Notes: a model not told the origin generated them from the letters alone. A DNA stretch of 62,441 nt, filler included, from Platydemus manokwari (GCA_037951405.1; 6 parts of 6 records of this genome joined end to end with filler, not necessarily neighbours in it); one strand, 5' to 3'. Counted from the first letter of the whole stretch, positions 1 through 15,500 are shown. Made by a program: numbers and translations.

Positions 1-2140
1 TAATATGCATTTCCCAAGTCTACCGATGTGAAATACTTAGAGCCGTGTAGAGTGTCTAATAGTTCTTCTATATTTGGGATGGGGAACACTTGTCTCTCCG
101 TTTTCAAGTTTAGTTGCCGGAAATCAAGGCATAATCATATATCCTTTCTATCTTTATTCCATATACATACAAGTGGCGAAATTCCACGGTGAATTACATT
201 TTCTTATAATGTTGTTTTCTCTTCAATTCTCAATTGTCTCTTCTATCTTTCCTTCTAAATTTGCTGGAGGTTTGATATTTATGGGACTCCCATTTGTTAC
301 AATCTTATGTTTTACTAACTTTGTACACCCGATGTCCAAATGGTCAGCCATGAATACGTTACTATTCGCTTTTAATATTCTCCATAAACGAGATCCTTGT
401 TTCACTGCAAGGCATTCTTTTGTTTTCTTTAATCTATCTTCATCGGATATACTCCTACCAAATCTCGCTGTTATCTCACAGATGGAAGTGTTTAATTCTG
501 TTTCTTTGTGGTAAGGGTTCTTTTTCCATTGTAACTCTAATCCAAATTCTTCTTGAAACTCTACTCCGCCTATAATCTTCGGTTTCATGTGCTCAACTAT
601 TATGAATGATATCGTCTTGGACTGACTTCCTAACTTAACTTTTATTCTTATTCTACCAACAACCTCTAATCTACTGTCCTTGGCAAATCGTAAACTTTCA
701 CTTGTATATTCGATTTCTACCTGGTCGAGTGTCTCTAATACCGTCTTATTCACGACATTTACTCTTGCGCCCGTGTCTAACAAATATTCTAATTCTTTAT
801 TCTCTATTTTAATTGTTATGCTCGGTCTCCCTTGCATTTTATCATAAGAAATCTGGGAAGCTTTAACTCCTTGATCGTTAATATTCTTAATATTTTCTCA
901 TCTCCTTGTTCTTCTATCATCTTGTCAGTCATCTCCTTCTTTATAAATTTTACAACTTTTCCTGGTACTTTCTTTTCTGATTCTATATCATCGTTGTTAT
1001 CGGTTACAATTTGTTTTTCTACTTTCCAGTTTTTTTATATTCTGAGGACTGCCTTTAGTTTTTATTGTGTTTATTTTATTTAAATTACTTATATTATAAA
1101 TATCAATATGACTACTTATACTCTCGTTATCTTGCTCAGACTTAGATTTATTGTTTAGTGTATTGCCCCAACACACTCTCCTGGAGTCAGCGCGTTCTCT
1201 TTTGGGTATTCTTCGATGTATTCTGAATCCGATTCTTGTTCGGTCGCCGCTACTTGTCTATTATTTCAGATCACCATTCTGTAATTTTGTCCCTTGAAAT
1301 TTTGTCTGTTTTCATGTATTCTATTATTATCCTGTATGTGTTCAAACCTTCGCTGGATTATTGATGTTCCTTGCTAGTAGTTGGACCGTTGTTGTCCCCT
1401 TCTCTCTAAATTTGTGTAACATTCACTCTCGTGATGTCCTCGATATTGACATCTACAGCACTTTATGACATTTGTGCAATTTCTCACTATGTAACCTACT
1501 CGGTGGCAGGCATAGCACGTCACTACTTTCTCCCTTTTACAATTTCGTTGTATGTGCCCTGGTTTTTGGCAATTCTAGCACGTTCTATTATCTACTTTAC
1601 TTTCCAGAGCCTGTGTTTTGGTTGCCTTCTGACTATCGTGGTCCATTCTCCTTCGCCCACCGTATTTACTTCTCTTTCTTTATTTCTTACTTATTCTAGC
1701 TTTTTTACGGTTTTCTTTATTTGATCCACTTCCTCAATATCCCTAATTTTAATTTCTTTCTCAAGCTCCACATCATCTGCACAATGCACCAAGAAGAACG
1801 CAGTTAGCTCCTCTTTAGTTATATTGTGAGACAATATGTCTTCCACCAGTGTATCTACTTTTTAAGTATACGTTCTTCTAAACCTTAGAGCCTCCATTCA
1901 ATCCTGAGCGAAGCATTTCTTTTGGCCAAAAGCCTTCCTCAGCCTGTCCTCGTAGCCCATTTTGGCGTCCGTCCCCTCAAATTGCTCTACTAAGCCGTCG
2001 TCTAATCTTGTTAAAACGATAGCGTATTGCACATGCTTTGGGATTTTCCTAGCCTCGAAATATCGATTACACTTTTTAATAAAGTGTTCGACATTATCCG
2101 CCAAATTATTTCGAATACTATTCAAATTAAACTTCCATTA
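1..2140 (-). mobile_element. Decayed Ty3/Gypsy LTR retrotransposon: gag, protease and start of RT; runs off the window start
   Basis: Minus-strand gag-like ORF 2125..1898. Two tandem zinc knuckles at ~1520..1420 (CYACHRVGYIVRNC with H>Y, and CCRCQYRGHHESEC). Aspartic protease motif YLLDTGA in ORF 837..223. RT motifs LCLDFRQLN and FPIPNIEELLDTLHGSKYFTSVDLGNAY at ~135..1. Stops and frameshifts throughout. Confidence 0.93.
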
Positions 2141-2539
2141 ATGGTTAATTTCCGAAGATTAGTCTCATCATATTATGATTCTTATTTATGTAGCTGCTAC
2201 ATATGGAAAAATTGAAAACAAATAATGGGAAACGGAAATCATAAACTACGAGTAATACAAGTTCCAAGATATAAAGAACAATAAAAATAAGTGAATCGAT
2301 CATGATTTAGAAATTAAGTAGGTAGATAGTGAGATTGATCCATAATAGTGTACAAATTGCAGGAATGCCTAATAACTCAATCAACAAACGAAAACTATCC
2401 CATACGAAGTTAAACCGTTATGAAGTAGGAAGTTATCTAAATTTTCTTATTATTTTTATTGTAATTATTATGAATATTATTTTGTTTTCTAATATTTTTG
2501 TTTATAACAATATTATTATTATTATTATTAGTGTTATTA

Positions 2540-5500
2540 TTATTCTGAAATATTTAACCCTTTAAAATGCGAATTGTTTGAGAAGATGGAATAAGAGCTC
2601 TCCTGTTGAGTGATTAGATTCTTTGTCACCATAAATTGACTTTTTTGAAAATATTGCTGGCAAATTTGTAATTTTTTTCGTTGTAATTTGTTCTGAAATG
2701 AAAACAATTGTAAAAGCAAATTCGATGTATTAAAGATTATAAATTGTTTTACTTCACAATCTAATTTATCCTTTGTCTTAATAAGAGTCCGAATCAAAGA
2801 ATAGCACCCTTGTAATGTTAACGGTAAATTAGAGTAATCAGAGTGGTAAATATTTGACTTTTTAAGCAGTTTTTTATTTACTTCTTTCATATTGGTAATA
2901 TCGGTGATGTTGGATTGAAATGAAGGCGACAATCTAACGTGATAAAACTAATATTTATCATAATTATCTCAATATAAATTTCACATTGATAGTGGCTTTT
3001 CAATGGAGACGCTTTCCATTTGAATCTTTTCAGAAAGTCTGAAAAATAAATCTCAATAAAATATATTTTAATAACCTATTAATATACTGCAAAGTGTTAA
3101 GTAAGCCGATAACAAACATAAAGAATTCAACCAATCAAAAACGAGATGAACTTCAATCATTGAGAAAAAATGTGCTCATTAATATAAGGTAATAAATACT
3201 TTAAAACATAAAATACCGTGAAAATGTCAGTTATAACTTTCAATATTATTTTAAAAACATGCCAATCCCTTTGATCCAGTACTATTGCTTATTCATTATT
3301 ATTTTGTATTGATACTGTTAAAATAACGAAGAAACATTTTTAAAATTCTTTTCTTTCTTAAATTGTTATATTATCACAATATTTTTCATTCAAAGACGGA
3401 AATACCGGATGTTAATAAGCGAAAGTTTATTTAATAAAAACGGTTTTGGTAATTTGGTTATTATAAATTATGACACTCATTGTAAGTAACAACTATTTAA
3501 TAAAAAAATTAAAAAAGTATAAATAATCTTCTATGTTTACTTTATTTCGGTAATGGAAAGACATTTACCGATTTTGTTTAATCGTAATTTTAAAATTCAG
3601 CATTGGCCATTGCATTTACTTTAGATTTTATTATTTTATATCAGCAAAGACTAACTATTATTATTGTTTCATCTGATGGATGTTCTTTATTCTATTAAGT
3701 AATTTTATTACTATTACTTCATATTTCTTTGGATTAGATAAAACATTTTTAAATCGCTGTTTTGTGTTTCACCAAACAGTAATTAGTTTATCTGTTAAAT
3801 CATTGGGTTGATTTCAGACTGAATTATACTACAACTTTCCAATCATTAGTACAACTATCACGTAAATATTCATTTTAAAATTTTATGATTAAAGCATATC
3901 AAATCCTGAAAGATCTAACTTAAGGGATAAAAAAGCATTATTTTTGATTTTTTTTAGTAATCTGATTCGGTTCGAAATTAATAAGTGTAAAATATTGAAT
4001 AGATTTGAAATCACTTTTTCTTTAATAACAAAAATTCAAAATAATCGACGTGACTACTAAATAAACATATTCAAAACTTACGAATGTATTTAGATCAAGT
4101 GCCACAGTGTTATTTGAACGATGACAAATATCTGCGTCATTCTTGTTAGATGTTAATAATCATAGAAAATTAAATGATGTTATTGACCATGGGAGGACAT
4201 AGCCAATAATTTTAAAAAGTTGTATCTAGCTATTCTAAGTTTAATTGAATTCAAATATTTATTTTTATTTATTTAATGCTGTTTCAATTAAAGTGTTTTA
4301 GTACTGTAAACAATAATAACTTACATGAAAGTAAAACTCAAAGTAACCAATGTATCAGTGGATTATTTTTTGGAATTGTCATTTTGCAATAAGCAAACCG
4401 TCATAACCCTTACCGGTTTAGAATTCTTTATCTTCCATCGGTAAAATTAACGATCTCAAATAATAATCTACGAAACAAGAAAAGAAAATTCTCTATGATC
4501 GAAATTTGGATCCTGAGAATAACAAGTTTATATCGATATAACATCAACTATGTCGACAATTATGCTAGTTTAGAAATAAAAATTTCATTATCAGCAATTA
4601 CAACACATGCGGAACAATCTCACAGAGGAAACGGAAAAATTAATTTTCGTCTGTACTTTATACCGATTCGTATCCAAAACCACATAAGTCATAAAATTAT
4701 AATTGAAAAATATCTTACAAAGCGGTTATTTTGAAGGAAAAAACCCACACATTCTTACGGTAAATTAAGCTTACACTTCAGCTCCCGCAATATGAATAAC
4801 AAAAGCAATCACAATATCGGGCGATTCCTGTCATCTTGGTAACTAGACATATATATTTTCATGACATCGTGAAAAAATTTACAGTAGAAATATATGATGG
4901 TAACGCAGTTCTGAAAATAATTTCTTTGCAGCTGTTTGTAGAAAATCTGCTTCACACATTTGTAGAAAATTCAAAGTGGAATTGCTAAACTAGTATTTTC
5001 GAATTTATACTGAGTATACCCATGTCGAAACCTTATCTATATTGATTTTAAAGCAAACTTGATCAATGTTAATGTTAGGATTTTCTTGAAGAAACTCAAC
5101 AATTAATCTACCTAAGGCTATATTTAATAACAATATTCATTTAGGTTTTATCGATAATTATAAATTCTAATATTTATACTAGAAAAACAATTATTTCCCA
5201 TAATATTCAAATCTAATCGAATCATAAACAGAAATAATCTTTATGGCGTATGAAAGTAGCTGCAAATTTACAACACAAAGTTAAACGTTGATAAAATTCT
5301 GGATTTGTTTCCAATATTACTGAAACCGGATATTTTCGAAAAGAATTCCTAAACTTACATTTCTACCCTACGAAGTAAAACGATAACTAGATTACAATTT
5401 AATAAGTTAGTTTAACCCATCTTCTAAGTGATGGAAGGGGAACATTGTGGGTTACCTTATTTAATCTGGCTTCAAAGTTCTCAATATTTACCTTCCAGAA

Positions 5501-6592
5501 ACACGTCATTAAATTCCTTATTTTGTTTAGAGCTTCATTTTGTTCCAAGCCGTATTTCCAACGTCAAAATATCACACAAGATTAGATTCAGAATTATCCT
5601 ATCGAATCATTCTTCGTTCTGGAAATTATCACTGATATACTGATATTACAGTTCTAATTCTAATACACCAATAGGTAATTTTATCATATTCGTTTGTGCT
5701 ACTCGGATATTTTTTTCTGAATTAGATTTGTACGATTGACTTCGTAAAATCGATAAAAAAATTTAAAACGATTATTTTTTTAAATATTTTTGTGTTTTAT
5801 TATAGAATTTTTAATCAGCCTTTTATTATCCAATAATATTTCAGTAATTGATAGATGTTTTAATGAATCGAAATTATAAAACTACATGCACATTTATGAA
5901 GAGCCGATAATAAATAAATAATAAATGCAACTGTTTTCTGCGACAATTCTGAAAATTTTCCTTGAAAGAAATAAGAACTATATTAAAATTACTCTTTTTT
6001 CAATTTTACAATTTCTTCCTGTTGGAGGCGAATTTTACTCTCCAGCAATTGCTTTGCATGGATTTCTTTGTCAAGATATTCGTTCAATTCATTGATGCGC
6101 CGTCCGAGTAATTGTCGTTGAATGCCTGCAAATGGATAAAAGAAATCAGAAATCATTCTCAATTTCAGCCAATCATAAACGATCACTTTCGTCTTTCGTT
6201 AACGTGTTCTGTTCGATTTCCGGATAACTCGTCAGAATGGCAGACGAATTCGTCAACAATACCAATTTCAGTTTCAGTTCTATTAGAAAACAATCATATG
6301 ATCAATCCAGGTTATCAAACGTTTCGCAACCTTTGTTCTCCATTTTCAATTCGTTCAATTCTTTATGGAGTTCGTAATAAATTTCGTTTTGTGTGGATTT
6401 CAAAAATTCTAAAGACCGTTCCATGACACTGAAACTCTTGTTATATTGTGGAATTTGAAGTAAATCCTTTCTGTCTGAAATTGCAGTCATGTCACTCAAA
6501 CCGCCGAAGTTTTTCGTCATTGTTTCCGAATTCAATATCGGGTCTCGAAGGTTGTTCGGGAAAGGAAATTTATTATAATAAACATTTGCCAT
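2540..6592 (-). CDS. CCDC74/CCDC92-family coiled-coil protein (multi-exon)
   Basis: Exons ~6592-6331, 6279-~6229 (donor uncertain), 6125-5993, 3038-2985, 2933-2753, 2692-2540, with GT-AG boundaries and consistent phases. N-terminal MERSLEFLKSTQNEIYYELHKELNELKMENKELKLKL resembles the CCDC74/92 motif (LERS.QFLQ..H...L..LH.EI..LK.ENK.L..KL). LPLTLQGCYSLIRTL resembles the CCDC74 C-terminal P.TL..C..LIR.L motif. Confidence 0.72.
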
Positions 6593-9204
6593 TTGGGATT
6601 GTGTGGATTGTTTATAAATTCTAAGAACTTTTCGATAAAAAAGTTTTTGAATTAAATATTGTTAATAAATATACAAATTAAACTCCGCGGAAATAAGTTG
6701 AATAAATTATAATATGTCATTTATTATTTATAACAATTTTCTGTAGATGGTATTTATTATCAATAGTAATTATAAAGTGATTAAAATAATATTTTCTTTC
6801 TTAATAAGACTTAACTTATTTGTTTTTAAGTGAAAGTTTATTTTTATTAAAAAAAATCCAAACCTTATTTAGACGCATTATATTTTTTAAATTAATTATA
6901 AATTTTTAAGTAGTAATTATAATTTATTACTTTTTATTAACATGAATTATATGTCTGACTATAGAAAAGCAGAATTTGATTAGATGTTGAGTATTTAATA
7001 TTTAATTCCATTCCAATATCTATTTATCATTTGGCTGTTGTGGAAATGATTTTAAATCCTCACTTCAAGCACATCGTTTCTTTAAATAAATCTACTTGCA
7101 ATTTTTACTATGATTAGTTGTATTTGGTTTGTTGAATTCTTATTGTGAGTTGATGATTCCATATTATTATTACTTAAATAAAATCGGATTTCACATCAAT
7201 TTTAGAAAATAATTTATGGAATTAAAATCTACAAACTTAAGTATTCTAACTTAAATGATATCAATTCTTCATATAACTCTTGTAAGCTCCCTGTGAATTT
7301 ATGAATCTAATTTTTCATGAATCTATCTCTTCTTGATTCTAAACTGTTTCGGTACTGCAATTATGTGCTGATAATCAACAATCGTTTTAAATATTTCACT
7401 TTTAAACTTCAATATTATATTGATATTATCAATAGGAGATCATATACGATATATCTACCAAGTATTGGGTTTGTGTTGATGAAAAGCAGTCATCAAACTC
7501 AACAACATGAATTTTTGAAGAAAAAACGTATTGACTATTGTTGTATTAATCCTTGTAGTTTGCATTTTTAGAAACAAGACAACACAAATAATTTTACAAA
7601 ATTTTATTTAATAAAAACTTTATTTACAACAGATAAATGTTCAAATTAACCCGATCGATAAATTTTATAAACCATTCCTGTAATTATCTTGTTGAGATGG
7701 CAAAAACTAAATTTCACCTTAATGAATTTATGAGAATTGTTTAAAATTTATAGTTTAGTTGCTGTCAAAATAGGCGGATCCTTTCAACTAATTAATTATT
7801 TAGTTATAAAGAAAAAATTTACTGAAAGGTTTTTTGTTCTTGTAATGGTTTTCAAGTATTAGACAATATTTTCGAATGCTTTGCTAAATATCAGTTTTTT
7901 AATTCAATGGTTTTAAGGATGACCACAGATTCAATCGTTTTCAAATGACCAATTTTCGCTCCAATTTATATAGCCATTTTACTGGATACTTTGTACCAGA
8001 TGATTAATATAATTTTGTCTAAATTTTATTTATTTTCAGGCACCTTGTAACGTTATTCATTTTGTTATTCATTTAACCTTCTTAATTTTAAATTATTTTT
8101 GGTAGTTTGCGCCATCATCTAATTTTATTATTTTTATAAATTTTATTTATTATCATCGATTTTGTTTAAATACATTTTATTCTAAATAACTTATTTTATA
8201 AAAAATAAATATATATTTTACAAGACTTCTATATAACTTCCAAAAATCATCAAAATATACAAAAAGTAATTTCCCAAAATAATCAAACCATAATTCACAA
8301 AATCAATTATCGAATAGTCAGATCAATTTTCTATTAATAAATGTAATTAAATCAAAAGAATATCGAAATGGAAAATAATCAGTCAAGAAAGAGTCGAGTC
8401 TTTTATTCAAATGTTAATTATTAGATAGAATTGTTGAGGATGCATCTTCATCATCTTCATCAAATAACATATTCAAATCCCAACACTAACCAATCCCCTC
8501 TTCATCAACAAATCCTAATAACATCCCAACAGTAGTCAATTCCAACTAAACCAACAATAATCGATCTTAATTATCCAATTCAAATCCCAATATTAATAAA
8601 TCCTTAACTAACGATTATCAATCCTAATTATCAAATTCAAATCGTCCTCATCAAACCAATCGTCAAATCGTCTTCATCATCTTAACCAAATCTCGAACCT
8701 TCAAACTAAATTTTATTCCTCAAATCCCGAATCGTAAATTGATCGAGTTCAATCAACAAACCAATATCTGTTTCACAAATCCTGAATTGATCATCGAGTT
8801 CAATCAATTCCACAAATATCAATCAATAGCAAAAACAATAAAATTTGATTGATTGATTTGATTTTTAACAATATTTTATATTCGTTTTATTTGCTATTTG
8901 TTACTCGCTTATTTGCTTACTTAAAGTTTGATAAGTAAGTATAACAACAATTATTTTATTCTTGATATTTGCTTTTGTAAATTGGAGGGAAAGATTATTA
9001 CGGGACAACACAATGATGAGAGTTAAGCAATGAACTGTTTACTAAGAAAAAGTGAATCTAGACAATAGAATAGTATGAAACAAGAACAGTAGAAAAACAA
9101 GAATATAATATCAACACAGTAGGAAGAAACACGACAATGAAAAATATAATAATAACATTAAAAATAAGAATAATAATAATAATAGTGATAATAATAGTGA
9201 CAAC

Positions 9205-9304
9205 NNNNNNNNNNNNNNNNNNNNNNNNNNNNNNNNNNNNNNNNNNNNTTAATTAATTAANNNNNNNNNNNNNNNNNNNNNNNNNNNNNNNNNNNNNNNN
9301 NNNN
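9205..9304. other. Artificial contig spacer (N44-TTAATTAATTAA-N44)
   Basis: Exactly 100 nt; the central 12-mer has stops in all six frames; identical copies occur elsewhere in the window. Confidence 0.97.
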
Positions 9305-9525
9305 ATAAAATTACAATAAAAAATTTTGGGAGATTTTGAAGAATTTTCAAATTTATATACAAAGAATTCTCCCCTTTTTGATTTGATTGAAGAAAAATGC
9401 TATGGTATTTTCTCTGATATTTTATTAAACTTTTCATTTTCTGTCACATATTTATATCATTTGATATAACATTTCTTGTGCCATTTTATTCATTATTTCT
9501 TCTTTTACTGTTTATTTCATTTCAG

Positions 9526-12500
9526 CGTCATACAAGCTTTGGATCGGACTGATGAAGCTTCTTGCAGAATATTAGGTATGCATATCTATATTTGACAGGA
9601 TATTATAATTTGGCATAAATATTATTCACATAATGCTGTATCACAGTGTTTTGGGAATACAAATTAAACTTTTATGTTAGTTATGGGCATCAAATAATTT
9701 GTAATTTATTGTTCAATTCTAGTAAGAGTTGATGTATTTCACCTATAATTAATTGATCTCTGATTCTCAAGATTTATGTAAAATTGATTTTTTTAAGAGT
9801 TCACTGACTTCTTTTTCATTTTCTCAAATTTTCAATACCGTTATAGGCACAATGATTGAGCATTTAAAATTTGATTTTATATAAATTCTGCTCACCTCTA
9901 ATCACCAGGTGCTTAACTCTAGTCGTATTAACTGCACTAAATACAATAAGAAGACAATTGATCGGATCCCAGGGTAGATTAAGGGTTCCGCGAGCCATTT
10001 TACTCAGCTTGTTTCTAATTAGATAAAATAACAAACACTTCCTGCTCGATAACATTCTGTATGCTGTTAGGTCTATTTGAATGGATAACTAAACTAAAAC
10101 TAGAAATGAGACATTGTCGTTAATGCTATTGCCAAACATTAGTTCTAATCGGCACACACACATTTTTCACGAGATCGCGTCACTAGATGTACCGGCACTT
10201 CAAAGAAAGTAAGATAAAGTTAAGAATTTCAATATTTTTCAACATATTTAAGCGTGCATTATTCACGTGCATTTTTAAGAATGACATGGGACCTCGCGAT
10301 GAATTGGGTGTTTGTAAAGAATTCTATACAGATACATATGTTGAAAACCACTGGTTTAAGTTATAATTATTCACAATTTTTTATATTTTCATGTGGTCAT
10401 TTTCTTTATTAATAAAATTGATTGCGAAATGGTTAATGAATGAAGAAAGTATGAGAGTATAATATTATTTATATTAGTTACCATTCAATACTGTTGCGCT
10501 TTATTGACATATTGATATCACAAAATATGTAGAAGAATTTGATAAATTTTCAATTACGATTATCAATGAAATTAATTCGTCGTGATGTGTAGTGATGATA
10601 AATTGTGTAAACAAAATCTAGAATTAACTAAATCAACCAGAACAATAACGATAATAAATTGTCTTCCACAATCTTGTTATTTTAGAGCTCTTTGTATTTT
10701 ATTCTAGTTAATTAATTTAGAATATTTTTCAAAATATTGATGTCTTGTGTAGCTTGTTGTGGATTTCAGGAAGGAAAGTGATAAAATACTCTTTCATATT
10801 ATATAAAAGCATCAGTCTATGCACAACAGTATAGTTTGGCCAATTTTATGAGAATGAATTGTTATTTACTTTTGTTGATTAGACAGAGCGGTCCCAATAT
10901 TTTAATAATAATATCATTGAGATATTAACATTCAAAAATGTCATTTTCAATCATCAACTGGTAATAAACATAATGTTATTATGATATGAATAATATCTAA
11001 ATATCTCAATGAAGTAAGGATTATTTCTAGTGATTATTTTTAGTGAATTAATTTATTTATACATTTGGATAATTCAATATTAATCCCAATAATTTGTTTT
11101 GTCCGATAATATGATATCAATTGTAGGTTTTCTAAATAACTAAATCGTGTTGGTTAAGCTTAACAATGTTGTATATTTTCTCTAGAAGTTTTCCGTAAGG
11201 TTTGTTATTTAACATTTCAACTGTACGACGTTTTTCAATAATATTAATATCGTAGATTTACTAAATAATTGAGAATAGCTTATATATACATATATAAAAT
11301 CCATTCAGCATATCAGAATATTTTATTGATTTTTATGTAGCAATTAATGATTGTAAATCTTAGTATGGTGAGTAATCAGTTTATAGAATCGTTGCTGTTT
11401 ATTAAAGATTATTAGTTGTTTTGTTCTTGATTGGGGCAATGACTCAATACAATGTTCTATTGTTTAATATTTTCTTCTATGATTTGTGAATAGATTTTTG
11501 TATCGATTATAATGTGCAGATTTATTTTTCACAGATTTAGCAGCAGCAGCAGAAAAGATTGTCATGAATAATGACTTAATTCACAGAAAATATTCATTAA
11601 GCGAATCACCGAAAGAATCCGAATTAGAAGATGAAGATAACGTTATCATCAGTTCAGCTAATGAATTGAATTTGAAAGAAGTATGGGATAATTATCAGGT
11701 AATAATAAATGTCTACTCTTGTTAGATTTTATTCGAAAAATATCATCTCTAAAAATAGAAGCAATCAAGAAATATTTTTTAAGCATTTTAATTATCAAGA
11801 TAAAACATCTTTGAGTGAATATTTTATTTGTTAGATATCTGTAAAATTAAAGATTAGCTCTATTATGAATTCTCGACAACCCACTAAAATATATCGTTTC
11901 TAAATTTTTCTATTCATCAAAAAGAAATGGATTCGGTACTGATAGATTTGAATAACTCCGTCATAGAATTTCATTGACATTCATTATTGGGCCTTCATAT
12001 GATCAAATCACTTCCCTTTTCACTATATGACATCAATAATAATGTTATTGAAGTTCGACATCAATTCTTGTCATTAATTTATTGATTTTATCTTCAATTT
12101 TTTCTGGTACTTTTTAATGTTTTAAAACTAGTTAAGTTGGTGAAGGAAATAATCTGTAGGCGATTATGTCATCATTGTGTAATGTTTGTTTGATTTGAAC
12201 TAATTCAGTTTTATTTTTATAGAGATTTTTCACGATGAAATAAAATATGTTGCACAAATATGTTTGTTAGACATTCAATGACATAAATAAATATTCGGTT
12301 AGTTATACAAACAATAACAAATTACTATGATTCGACAGTGGTTTAAATGATATTTTTGGTTAGGGGGGGGGGTATACATGATTTGTAAATTTAATTGGAA
12401 TTTGTAACTATTACATCGAAATATATTGATTATCTTTCGAATATAATGTTTATACGTTATTTGTTTATATGTCATTTACATATGTATATCTAATGGAATA

Positions 12501-15500
12501 CATTAAGGATTTGATGATTTGAGTATGTTGTTGAACCACTAAGCGTTCTAATGAGTTTCTCTTCAAATAAATGGACAATATATGAGTTTTTTTATTTTCC
12601 AAATCCATATCATCGGCTATAATTCTGCTCTTTTTAGTTATTAGTTTGAACAGTTAAGGTTATTCGAATACGAATCGAATAAATTCGAAAACTTTCAGTA
12701 TCAAAAAAAGATGAACATATTAAATTAATTAATTTACATTCTTTCAGTTATATTTTCCATTAAAAATAACTTTAGGATTTATTTTCTCATCATTTCTTTG
12801 AGATAGAAGAAGCTCAGGCTCTTTTAAATTTACGAAACTTCATTGTCATGATCAGAAATATTTAGTCATTGTATCTGTTGAAGTTGGTACTAAAGGTTTT
12901 AGTTGACTGTGTTTCATTTACCAACATTTGTGCAGGCTTCCCTGTATTCCAATGATGACGGTGATTCCCAAATTGTCGAGCTTGAAAACATCAAAGATTG
13001 GGAACAAGATTTGGAAACAGATGATCAGGATCGTAAAGGAAACGTAATCAGTATTCATCTAAAGCTGAAATAATAAAATATTTAGCAACTGCAAATTCTC
13101 ACATCGGGCTACGAAACTTCAATGGAGTCTGAAACACATCTGTGCAATAAAAACTTGATAAATGTGCTCAAATTCTCAAAGAATCAACTGATAGATGTTA
13201 ATGAACACTTGAATGCAATGAACAAGCAATTAGATACGCCCAGTTCTTCTTTAGCCAGTAAATTAAATAGTAGAACTAGCGAACAGTTGTCAATTGCAAA
13301 TACCAACGCACGGCTTCTGGATCAAATTGTTAATGATGGTAATATTTTACTGTTCATTTTGTTTATAATCTCACGATTATATTGAGTTTGTGGTTCCTAT
13401 TGCAGTCTTGTTATTTATCATTATTATTATTAAGATTATTATTATTGTTATTATAAATATTATTATAATTATAATCGATACCGACAAGTGTTACTAATTC
13501 CTTTTCATCCTATAGTGTAGATTTCAGGTGATCCTGGAAAACATAAACAATGATATTCATGATTATTAATGTGAACAATTTAGAGAACAATTGGAATAGT
13601 AATAATAAATTTAAAATGGCACGCATTTCCTTTTTTCCTCCAAAATAAAAACTTTTAATTGCCTCTGTTAAAATCAACTCAGTATTTCATCACAGTTTTT
13701 GTACAGATTATAAAATAGAATATTATTGATTTGGTATCTTTGATCTTGTAATTATTTGTATTAAAATCAGTTAATAAATGATTTATATTATTATTGACAA
13801 GCTTATTCACAGAGATTTCAAATTGAATAGCTTTGTTCCAAAAACATTATTTGGCATTTACAGATTTTTCAGACTCAGTATATTACATGAACTGATATAA
13901 TTATATGAAATCAATGAGAAAATTTTATTGATTTTCTATCATTTATCTTGCAATTTATTGAATAAAATCAATCAACCAGAACCCATTTGAAAGATCAATA
14001 TTGATATTTTTGAAATAAATTACACTTGCTTTTGTTAGTTTTTAAGTTTTTAATTGATTTTGTAACGAACAGTTATTATAATAAACCTTCAACAATTAAT
14101 TAATAATTTATTTTCGAGATTGACATATCCAGATTGTATAAATATACGGTCATGTGCTATTGATTCATACTCATCAAGCTAATCAATTACAATTATCAAC
14201 TACAATTCTTATTGATGTGTTTCTATTAAATTTTTATAATTTATTATTCTATTTTCTTGTCCTTCAACGCGTATCATCACTACAGTGTATTCGTAATTTG
14301 CAAGTGTAAATAAATCTGGATAAACAATATTATTTACATTCAACCATTACAACTTGTTATCAAATTTCGCGCGTACTTTCATTAAAAATTTAAAAAATAT
14401 TTTTCCTCCTTGTTTTGATGAACATTATATTATTTGCTATTGAAATCAATTATATATAAAAACAAATTGATATTCCCTTAAACTTCTGAAGATAAAACTT
14501 CTCTGACATTATCTGCGTGATTGAATATTGAAGATCAATTAAATATGGACGAATTCATTTATTATAGATGCAGATATTTGATTCGTCATTCTATTTTTAG
14601 AAACACATAAATCATATTTGTATACCTACAAAGTATACCATTTTTACTCAATTGGTATTTAGATTACTCGATAAATATTCTTTAAATCCTGAATCATAAA
14701 ATGAAGATAACTCGAAAATTTAATGGATTTTTGTATTTCAAAATCCTTTGATCTAAATCATGTTATTTATTTTTGTTTGCTCGTTTCATCAAAGAACATA
14801 TATTACACTGAAACATAAGTTTATACTTTATAAATTTATCTGCAATTTTATATATTTTATCGAGTCTACAGAACCAAATATCATTTTAAACTATACGCTA
14901 AGAGTTTTATCTATGGAGCTTATTTTATCTTGACGCGATGTTTATATTGAGTATCGTTTTCATTTGTCCTTGTAAGAGTTTTTTGATCATCCTTATTTGG
15001 AAAAAATTGATTTATAATTAAAAATACATTAGCAAAAACAGAATATTATTGATCTTTTATTGAAGAATTTCTAAATATTTTGTAAAATTTCCTATGTTGA
15101 TTTATTCGGTGATGATTTCATTCCCATGTTCACTTTGATACAATTTTAGAATCACTTTCTTCTATAGCATTATCTTGAACATTTATTCTCAAGAAAAGAA
15201 ATTGTTCATTGTTGTTAAAGAGAAAGAAAGTATTGGAGATGTTTAAATTTCTAATGTATTGTTCAAACCTGAATTCATTTTAATGTTTCTTTAACATACC
15301 AAAAAATTTCAAGAGTTTTAAAAAATTAAGTATCACAACTACTAACACAAAACCCTCTCAGTTTTATAGTAAAATTGTTTTTTTGTTGGCATCTTCCATT
15401 AGTTTTCATTATTTTACCTTTGATCTGAAATTATAAATTAAATTTATCCTTGACCCAGCTTTTATATGTGACAAAAATGTATGGTTATAAACACAGAAAT

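Noticed and set aside
74-2215. Plus-strand hydrophobic ORFs
   Set aside because: They are antisense shadows of the minus-strand Gypsy gag-pol.
2141-2430. Possible 5' LTR/PBS of the first Gypsy element
   Set aside because: There is no second LTR in the window to compare with and no convincing PBS.
9249-9260. Recurrent palindrome TTAATTAATTAA as a biological motif
   Set aside because: It is always centred in exactly 44+44 N, so it is an artificial six-frame stop linker.
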